From Octopus sinensis (lineage: Eukaryota): a DNA stretch of 64,000 nt. The DNA lies in the NCBI RefSeq assembly GCF_006345805.1, contig NC_043006.1:52142001-52206000 (forward strand), given 5' to 3'. The notes under the pieces are model-generated. The model did not search any database, was not told where the DNA came from, and saw only the letters and a program-made list of their open reading frames with translations. How positions within the stretch are numbered: position 1 is the first letter of the stretch; each line of letters starts with the position of its first letter. Position numbers and translations under genes: made by a program. Shown one piece after another: positions 49,101-60,274 of the stretch.

Positions 49101-52100
49101 AGAAAAAGGAGAAAAAAAATTTAGTTTGCTAACCTGTAAAGCAACCACTTTATCAGCTTCTGATATTAAATGTTCATGTGTGTTTATTGCCAGGACATCG
49201 GCAATTGTGGAGAGGATAGGAGAAACAAGATGACCACTAGCAGTGCTCAGTTGGTCTCCAAACACATTCACCAAGAGACCTATAAAATATTACAAATTTA
49301 AAACAAAAAAATTTCTTTTCTGGTGAATTGTTTGGAAAAATATCTTATATCTTTCATACATTGAATAATAACATATCTCACTTTATGATACATTAACAAT
49401 ATCTCATTTTATACATAACTTTATGACGTACTAGTGTATCTCACTACATACCGGTTTTAATATAAATATAAAAATACTAAATGTATTTCAGTGTTTCATC
49501 AGCTGCTTCTGTTTTACGACTACTTGTGACAATTGATGGTGATGGTCATAGTAGGATGGAAATATGCACTTTGACACTTCACAATTCAAATATGGAGTAA
49601 GGGTTAGGGTTAGGGTATATATGATATACTATAACCTTGGGCACCACACAATGACCTCAAGGTTTGTGATACAGTAATACATTAGAGTATGTGCTCAAAT
49701 ACTGATTCAGTAATACATATAATATAATCACATTATCCAACTCTTTCGTTACCTCTAATCGTTTGCCACACAACTCTCACTCAGAGCACTTACCTACACA
49801 TCCATCTTTTCAGTTCCTCCATCCTATTTTCTATCATATTCACATTATACCTTGACCTCACATTTCTCTCTCTCTTTCTAGATAACACAAGCCATATGTT
49901 CACCTCTTCAGTAATGCAAGGTGGCAAGCAGGCAGAAACGTGAGCACACCGGGTGAAATACTCAGCAGTATCTTGTCTGTCTTTACGCTCTGAGTTCAAA
50001 TTCCACCAAGGTTGACTTTTCCTTTCTTCCTTTCGGGGTCGATAAATTAAGTACCAGTTATGCTCAAGGTTTGATGTAATCGACTTAATTCCTTTGTCTG
50101 TCCTTGTTTGTCCCCTCTATGTTTAGCCCCTTGTGGGCAATAAAGAAATAAGAAGTAATGCATCTGCTCTTCTATCCTATTTACCTATTCCTCAATTCTA
50201 TGCCCTTCTCAGTCGAGGGGTCCTGTCTTGCAGGTACTTAGAAGCCTCACCATACAGGTGCCACATTAAGAAGCACCCACTATACTCTGTGAAGTGGTTG
50301 GTATTAGAAAGGGCATCTAGTTGTAGAGACCAAGGGGACATGTGGAGGCACATGACTTAGTGGTCAGGGGTGTTGGACTCATGATCATAGGATTGTAGCT
50401 TTGTATTCCTGGACCAGGCAACGCATTGTGTTCTTGAGCAAAACACTTCATTTCATGTTACTCCACTCTACTCAGCTGGTAAAAATGAGTAATCCTGCCA
50501 CAGACCAGCATCCCGTTCAGGTGGTGAATATATAAGCCATAGAAACTGGGAAACTGGCCCTTATGAGTCTATCTGACTCAGGAAGGAACTATTTTTGTAC
50601 TTTATCAAGCAAACATTAGAACTTGGCGCAGCATTCTAGCTCATCTGTGCATGTTGAATCACCCAACCCATACCAGCATAGAAAAAAGGAAGTTACATCA
50701 TCATCATCATCAGGCGCAATAGTGGCTGTGTGGTAAGTAGCTTGCTTACCGACCACATGGTTCTGTGTTCAGTCCCACTGCATGGCACCTTGGGCAAGTG
50801 TCTTCTACTATAGCCTAGTAGTGGATTTGGTAGACGAAAACTGAAAGAAGCCTGTCGCATATATGTATGCGTGTGTATATGTTTGTGTGTCTGTTTTTGT
50901 CCCCCAACATCGCTTGACAACTGATGCTGGTGTATTTACGTCCCTGTAATATAGCGGTTTGGCAAAAGAGACCAATAGAATAAGTACTAGGCTTACAAAG
51001 AATAAGTCCTGGGGTCGATTTCTTCGACTAAAGATGGTGCTCCAGCATGGTCACAGTCAAATGACTGAAACAAGTAAAAGAGTAAAAGGAGTAAAGAGTA
51101 TGCATGAATGCATGATGATGACAATGATGATGACGTAACCTCCCTTTTTCCATGCTGGAATGGGTTGGATGAATACATATAGTCAAATCCTGTCCAAGTG
51201 ACTAACCCATGCCAATATGGAATACAGATATTAAATGATGATGATGATGATTGTGGTGGTGGTGGTGTTATCTGGAGGAAGAGAGGACTGTGCCAATGCC
51301 CATTTTCCAGCCCCTCAGAAACTATAAATACTGTCATGGTTAACATTTCTTTTTAAACATGGTGCCAGCCAATGGTTGCAATAGAGACATGCAGGGAAAG
51401 AAATCCAGTGCACCAACATTCTGGGGAAGAATTATTAGACTTAGTGCAGAGTGGCTGTGTGGTAAGTAGCTAGGCATAGGAATGGCTGTGTGGTAAGTAG
51501 CTTGCTTACCAACCACATGGTTCCAGGTTCAGTCCCACTGTGTGGCACCTTGGGCCAATGTCATCTACTATAGCCTCAGGGTGACCAAAGCCTTGTGAGT
51601 GGATTTGGTAGACGGAAACTGAAGTCCAACGTATATATGTATATATGTGTGTGTGTTTGTGTGTCTGTTGTGTTTGTCCCCCCAACATCGCTTGACAACC
51701 GATGCTGGTGTGTTTACGTCCCCGTAACTTAACATTTCGGCAAAAAAGAGACCAATAGAATAAGTACTAGGCTTACAAAGAATAAGTCCTGGGGTCGATT
51801 TGCTTGACTAAAAGGCGGTGTTCCAGCATGGCCGCAGTCAAATGACTGAAACAAGTAAAAGAGAAGGAGAGAGAGAGAGTGAGGTAGATGGATACAATAT
51901 GGGTGACAAGGAAAGGATGGATGAGTAGCAAGTCCTTGAGAGGAGGTGGTACAAAACCAGCTCACTCTGAAAAGCAGAATTTACTGTATAAGTAATAGAA
52001 AAGGTAGAGGGATGTGATAGCATGTCTGCAGGCCAGAGATTAAAGTGACTTAATGTTAATCTGTTAAGTGGCTTTTCTATGATTGTGATCGTTAGATGAT

Positions 52101-55100
52101 TGTATACAAGCAGCACTGTCCCTAATAAGGAAGCAATACTCCAAGCTGAAGCATGTACTAACTCTGAAAAGGAAGGTTAGCCTTTATAGTTAAGTTTTGA
52201 TTATACTCTTTTACTTGTTTCAGTCATTTGACTGTGGCCCATGCTGGAGCACCGCCTTTAGTCGAGGACCTATTCTTTGTAAGCCTAATATTTATTCTAT
52301 CAGTCTCTTGCCGAACCGCTTAGTTATGGGGGACAAACACAGACACACAAACACATATATGACAGGCTTCTTTCAGTTTCCGTCTACCAAATCCACTCAC
52401 AAGGCTTTGGTCGGCCTGATTCTATAGTAGAAGACACTTGCCCAAGGTGCCACGCAGTGGGACTGAACCCAGAACCATGTGGCTCTTAAGCAAGCTACTT
52501 ACCACATAGCCACTCTTACGCCTATTATGCTGAGAATGTGCATAATAGATATCTTCACAGATGGTGAGGCATTGCATTCATAGCTACTTTGAAGGTTTCA
52601 TTTGTGTGCTATTCATGTTGGAATAGAGAACGGGAGAGAATGTTTTCTTGAAATGTGTAATAATTGTGTCTTATTGTTAAAGGAGGTTAGACTGGTATAA
52701 TTCTATTTGAAGATATTTTCGGGGTCACCTTTCTTGGAGTCAGTGCAGATTCAACATGAAGTATCTAGATTGCATATGAATGATACTTGGGTGCAGAAGA
52801 CTGGAGGTGAATGAAAAATAGTGTCACCTATATAGAAATGGACACCATTAGAGTTGAAGACAAGTAAGACACATTAGTGTGCAGAAGGCAGAGTGTGGTG
52901 AGGGACAAAACCAAACCCTGAGTGTTGGTAGAGTATAGGAGGGAGAGAGAGAGAGAGAGACTCATCAACATAAACAGCAGTGGTCTAATCTGATAGGAAG
53001 CCAGCAATTTAAGAGAAGAGAGATGGATGAAGCCAAAACATGTGAGTACCAAATATAGTTAAAAGAATAGGTGGTCAAACACTACTAAAAAGAGACTAGG
53101 TTAAGTAACCAAAATGTATATTCCAGCTGTTATATTATATTATCAGAGTACAATAAGTTAGTAGATTTCTGGTACTGCTCATTGAATAATGTATCCCACT
53201 CACAGAAATTACTGGAAAGAATTTACATTCACAACTAATAAACCAGTAAATAAAGAATCAGGTGTACAGAGGAAGCCATGAATAATCAACATGGATAATG
53301 TTATCAAAGACTTATTATTATAAAAATTTTCATTCAAATTAACCAGGAGTGGCTGTGTGGTAAGTAGCTTGCTTACGAACCACATGGTTCCGGGTTCAGT
53401 CTCACTGCATGGCACCTTGGGCAAGTGTCTTCTATGATAGCCTCGGGCCGACCAAAGCCTTGTGAGTGGATTTGGTAGACGGAAACTGAAAGAAGCCCGT
53501 CGTATATATGTATATTAATATGTGCGTGTGTGTGTATATGTTTGTTCCCTCAACATCGTTTGACAACCGATGCTGGTGTGTTTACATCCCCGTAACTTAG
53601 CGGTTCGGCATAAGAGACCGATAGAATAAGTACTAGGCTTACAAAGAATAAGTCTTGGGGTCGATTTGCTCAACTAAAGGCGGTGCTCCAGCATGGCTAC
53701 AGTCAAATGACTGAAACAAGTAAAAGAGAATATTCATTAATTTTATCATATCATTCTATTCTACTTCATCAGTTATCTTCAAAGTTGAGAGTAGGTAAAG
53801 TACTATCCATGGTGCTTTTGTTTTTCCCATGTAAACAATGTGAGAGCTGCGGTTAATAAATACCCTCTCCCTATGGTAATAGTGAGTTAAAAATGTAACA
53901 TTTTATCTCAACAAGGAAAAACTAAAAATATCAGGGAGCTATAAGTTACCCAAAATAAGTCAGAGCAGTATTCATTTAAAAAATCCACAGTAACTATCAT
54001 ATAAGATATTAGAAAAACAGGCCAGACACTGGAAAATTAGCACTTACTAATGAGAATGTACATCATAAGAAAGAACAATCTGGTAAAAGTTTTCAAACTG
54101 AGTCAATATTGAAAATTAGGTTTGGCAATGTTCAAAAAAGAATGCTTCAATTAATGGACAACTGACACATCAACCAGAAGAGAAATTTACAAAAGAAATG
54201 GGTAAAGAAAATCTCACAAAATAAGGTACAAAAAGTGAAAGAATATTGTGTACAAGCACATACATGGTGAAAAAAGAATGTGCTGACATCTTATCAGCTA
54301 GTGAAGATTATGACAAAATGGCCAAAAATGGAAAAAAATGAAGTGAGTTCATGGCTCGCAGGACGGCTTGCTGTGCTAATATTGAATCGTAGGGTGACCC
54401 GCTGTGCTTGAGGAGACCTATTGAGTCAAGTATGTAAACATCAACAGCAAAATAAAAATCAAATGGAAATTGTAGTTATGATACCCGTGCTGGTGGAACG
54501 TAAAAAAGCACCATCTAAACGTGGCTCATGCCAATGCCGCCTGACTGACATCTGTGTCGGTGACACGTAAAAAGCACCAACTGATCGTGGCCGTTTGCCA
54601 GCCTCCTCTGGCCCTTATGCTGGTAGTACCTAAAAAGCACCCACTACACTCACAGAGTGGTTGGCGTTAGGAAGGGCATCCAGCTGTAGAAACACTGCCA
54701 GATCAGACTGGAGCCTGGCACAGCCTCCTGGTTTCCAAGACCCCAGTCGAACTGTCCAACCCATGCTAGCATGGAAAACGGACGTTAAACGATGATGATG
54801 ATGATTATTATCCTATTTACAATGCAACAAAACAAGGCTTTATTTTCATGCAGTGCTTGAGCATTCTTAATTGTTTAGCCCTTAAGTGTTTAAACTGGAA
54901 AGGTCTAACCTCTCACACCTACACTACAATGCCATTCTAGAAATAAACAATCCATTATTTAAATCTCAAAGGAATGAGATAATGCATGATTAATTCAAAA
55001 CAATCTGAATAAGCAAGCATTACATTTGACAGAATGCTAAAGGGTAAAAATAAAAAAAGCAAAGGAATTAAATCTTCAAAAGAGCAAATGACAGTTCTTG

Positions 55101-58100
55101 ACGAAGGGACAGAAATGAGTTTCTAATGATTGGAAAAAGCAAAATTCTTTAGTGGATTAAAGGGCCATTGAATAAATCATCCTGTCCACAGACAGAATGA
55201 AATGATTGTAATGGATTTGAACTCACAATAAACCATAAGGAATTAGATGGGTTGGGTGCAACACTTACAATGTATCAATCTAATCAGAAGACTGAATCAG
55301 AAATAAATTCAACATAATCCTACTGAAATAATGGCTGTGGTGTTTTGATTAGCTTTAAAAATAACCAATTATTTGGAGTTTTAGTAAAACAACTAACTTT
55401 TTCATAATTAAGATGGTGATTAGAATATAATGAAAATTGAGATAAAAGTTTATAATTATATGCGAGCACTTAAATAAGAGGTTTTATATTATAGAACCAG
55501 GAGCAGATTTATGTGGCTTTGTATCAAAATAGCTAAACTGGATCTCAGAAGAGAAACAAATCTATACCAATTTCTTCAAAAAGACCACAAAATAAAACTT
55601 TTTATATTTGATGTGTATAGTGAAAAGAAAAATTATTGTAAATTGAAAGGATGCAAGCTGGGTCACATACCTGCAGCTACAGCACGCAAAAGTAAAGCAT
55701 CCATTGAACTTGTGTTAATAGTAGTCAAGGACTGGATCTGAGAGAGTGGTTCATCATTTCGTAGATATGTGCATACTTCAGGGTTGCTATCAGTGACAGT
55801 GTGTAAGCAGTGAGCTGATAGAATAAAAATATGTAACCTTGTATAGTAATGAGCTGGTCATAAAAATAGTATATTATACAGCAATAAACTGGAATAACAA
55901 AGAAATTTCATGACACTGTTTGGGCTGGTATAGTAATGATATTATATTACAATATATAATTATGAGCCGGTCATAAAGACAATATGTTACATGATGCAGC
56001 AATGAGCAGGTATAGTTAAGACAATACATCATACAGTATAATAATATAATAATGAGATAACATTACATCATAAATTGGGCTGGTATAGTAAAGATATTAT
56101 ACTATCCTATATTTTAAAAATGAGAAATTATATACAATATTTACATTGGATGGATAGGTGTCCTCACCTTGTTTGATTACTGGGGTACTCTGTTCTCATT
56201 CCTAAGGATTTTAATTTCCTTTTTTTTTTGCTGATGTTATTGTTATTATTTATTCAGGTCACTGACTGGGATTGAACCCGGAATCTTGGGGTTAGTAGCC
56301 CACGCTCTAAACCACTATGCTATATGCCCATGGGCAATTATAGAGTGAATTTTAGGGCTTATAAACCTATCATTTTTATATCTTTCCTTAATACCGGTTC
56401 CCATATTCTACTCATATCTGCACTAGGTTTGTTTAGGAAGTAATTGTGTCCTAGTATATGTGCTGCCTCTTTTAGTTTTCGTATTTTCCAGTGGTGTTCT
56501 GTCTATTATTTTAACTTCATCCCACAGGGGGAAAATAGACAGAGAACACCACTGGAAAATATGAAAGCTAAAAGAAGTAGCACATATGCTAGGACACAAT
56601 AACCTCTTAAGCAGACCTAGTGCGGATATGAGAAGAATATGGGAAACAGTATTAAGGCAAGATACAAAAATTATAGGTTTATAAGACCTAAAATTCACTC
56701 TATAATTGCCCACACGCATATAGCATAGTGGTTAAGAGCATAGGCTACTAACCCCAAGATGCCGGATTCAGTCCCAGTCAGCGGTTTGAATAAATAACAT
56801 CAGCAAAAACGAAAAAATAAATAAATACCCCAGCATTCAAATAAAGTGTAGGATTCGAAGGCTGGAGAGTACATCAACCGAAAGGTTGTGGTAACAACAA
56901 ACAAGGTGAGGACACCTAACCATCCAATGTAAGGACACAATAGCAAATTGTGTAGCAAACACAATATATAACATTATACAGTGTGGGCTAGGAAAAATAT
57001 AAAATTACATTATATAGTAATGAACTTGCAACAAAGATGTTATATAACATTATATACCAATAACCAGCTGTTCTTGGGGAGACCTATTGAGTCAAGTATG
57101 TCAACACCAACATCAAAATAAAAATCAAATGGAAATTGTAGTTAAGACACCCGTGCCGGTGACATGTAAAAAGCACCGTCCGAACGTGGCAGATGCCACT
57201 GACTGGCGTCCGTGTTGGTGACACGCAAAAGTACCAACCGATCGTGGCCATTTGCCAGCCTCCTCTGGCACGCAAAAAGCACCCACTACACTCATGGAGT
57301 GGTTGGCATCAGGAAGGGCATCCAGCTGTAGAAACACTGCCAAATCAGACTGGAGCCTGGTGCACCCTCCATGGCTTACCAGACACCAGTCAAACTGTCC
57401 AACCCATGCTAGCATGGAAAACGGACGTCAAATGATGATGATGATGAAGTTAGTCACAAACATCATACCCCAATGAGGTGGGATATTAAAAGTATATTAC
57501 ACTATACAATAAATGGCAGGTAAATGTACATAACAAACAACAATAAGCAGGTAAAGTTTAAAAGCAACCAGTACACTCTGTAAAGTGGCTGGCATTTGGA
57601 AGGGCACCTAACTGTAGCAACCATGCCCTTCAGCTGGTCAGCTTCTGTAAAATCGTCCAACCCATGCCAGAATAGAAAGTGGACGTTAAATGATGATGAT
57701 GATGATGATGATGAGTGTAATGGGTGCTTTTACGTCCCACCAGTATCTATCACATAATACAGTATAATTACAGCAAAGGCTACTGAAGTAATGTATACAC
57801 CAGTTAAGAAAGATATATTTCACTTCAAGTTAGAAAATGTTGCAATTAACATCATTTGAGAAAGTAAAGATCGTTCAAAAAGATCAGTTGTCCAAGTAAG
57901 TTAATTTACTCCAATAGTATTATACATAAGTGCAGACTGCACTACATCAAAGACAGATGGTAGAATTCTGCTAGATGACAGTACAGATTGTGCTAGACGA
58001 CAGTGCTGATTGTGGGAGCATATTCAGTATGTTCCAATAACTAATCTTAATGAATTCTCTGCAATGCTTGGTGTCAACATAATCCCTTCCTTGTTTAATC

Positions 58101-60206
58101 ACAACTGAAGCTGAAAGTTTCATTATGTTTATAACAATGGGTGCAAAGATAAAGCTATGGGTGCCTAGGTACTATGAGTGCAAAGCTATAGCTATGGATG
58201 CCATGTTATAGCTAAGAGTGCTAAGGCTGATAATGACAGCAAATGTGCTATCTGTAGTTAGTGAAATATAAAAAGGTAAACTATAGATATAAGCTCCTAA
58301 TATATAGCTTAAGATAGGGCAATGAGCAAGTAGAACTGTTAGCACACTGAGTAAAATACTTAGTGGCTTTTCATCTGTCTCCATGTTCTGAGTTGAAATT
58401 TTGCCATGGCTGACTTTCCTTTCAGGGTCAATAAAATAAGCACCAGATGAGTGCTGGGGTCAATCTAATCGACCTACTCCTCCCTTTAAATTGCTGGTCT
58501 TGAGCCAAAGTTTGAAATCAATATATAACTTAAGGTTTAGAGAAAATAATATAACTTTAAAAGAGAAGGACTATTCAATGAAAGTCTTGTCCAGTGACAC
58601 AGCGCTGGTTGTAACAAAGGTTGGGTCAGTAGTCTAGGTTACAACTTTGCAAATATTTTGTATCTCTCTTCAGAATTTATTTAACCTTTTAATGAACATT
58701 GTAAATAATGAGATAACGTCTAAGATATGCCAAAGGGATATCTCAACTGAGATATAACACTACAAATATTGTTGTTATATACCAACTGTTGATATTGATT
58801 AAAACACTTAAAAAACAAAGATCAGAAACACTTACCCACAGCAAGTACTAAAGGATAACCATAGATACTGGGGTTCAAACAATACACAAGAGGATGGGCT
58901 AATTTTTCTTTGTTGAATATTTGAACAGCTGTCTCTGAATTTTCACTGTAATTAAAGTAAACTGTTTTGAAAGGTCATGATGATGGGAAAAAAATATTTT
59001 AAACCAATGTAAAATCGTCATGTATCTTTTAAATATCATAGAAACTAGACAAACATATTTGAAAGGTAGATGAAAGAAACTAAAAGTGAAATAGTTATGA
59101 TACAGAACATAGGAATGTGGAACTAACCATAGATTCCATAAGAGATGAACAGCTTGAATAAATGTATCAGTTTTTAATTGAGCCAACTTTTCATCCCATA
59201 ATTTTGAAGGTTCCCAGCCAACTTCATACTAAAAGGTAAAAATAACATTCAAGAACAGTGTTTTATATGAAAGCTACAATGGCAAACTATGTTTCATTAG
59301 TAGACCATCAAAAAATGACAGAATTTATCTGAGCACAGAATAAATTATGCAAACACAATGTGAATAAATGAAGAAGAATGACATTAGAACAATAATGTCA
59401 AGATACTAAAATAAGGAGCTTAGCTGAGGTAAAAGGGTAATTAAGTAATACAAAGAAAGAGAGAGGGAAAAACATAGCTGTCATTGTGCTTGTGTAAAGT
59501 CTGTAAGACGACCCCTTCATGTGTACTTATACATGATATTCTAACCAACATTGTGCTGATGCCATGAAAAGTGCACCCATGCCGGCACCACATAAAAAGC
59601 AACCATGCCAGTGCAATATTAAAAGCACCCACATCAGTGACACATAAGAGGCACCCATGCCAGCACTGTGTAAAAAGCATCTATGCCTGGCACCACATAA
59701 AAGGCACCCAGTACACTCTGTAGTTGGCATTAGGAGGAGCATTCAGCCATATAAACCATGCTAAAACAGATGACTGGAGCTTGGTGCTGACCTCCAGCTT
59801 GTCAGCGTGTGTCAAATTACCTAATCCTCATCAGCAAGAAAAAAAGGACATTAAATGATGATGATGATGATGATAGAGAAATATTATCATCAGCCATGTG
59901 CCCTCCTTGTGTCCAGGGGTTGGTTTGCCAAGACTCTCCAGTCTCGTGACTGGTTGCTTCTATTTGGATATCATTGGTATTTCTTTGTGAAACATAGGAG
60001 TGGCTGTGTGGTGAGTAGCTTGCTTACGAACTACATGGTTCCGGGTTCAGTCCCACTGTGTGGCACCTTGGGCAAGTGTCTTCTACTACAGCCTCGGGCT
60101 GACCAAAGCCTTGTGAGTGAATTTGGTAGACAGAAACTGAAAGAAGCCTGTCATATATATGTATATATATATATACATACATATATATACACACACACAT
60201 ACACAT

Positions 60207-60274
<68 letters not shown>

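Noticed and set aside
49606-49617. gggttagggttagggt telomere-like repeat
   Set aside because: Only about two TTAGGG units; expected by chance.
54480-54640. Regularly spaced gtaaaaagcacc repeats resembling a CRISPR array
   Set aside because: Eukaryotic context, no cas genes, and the spacers are shared between dispersed copies; these are internal modules of an RTE 3' UTR.
56258-56785. Calling the two tRNA-like cassettes true tRNA-Ser(ACT) genes
   Set aside because: No acceptor stem, non-standard anticodon, and they sit inside a palindromic repeat; treated as repeat-borne pseudo-tRNAs.
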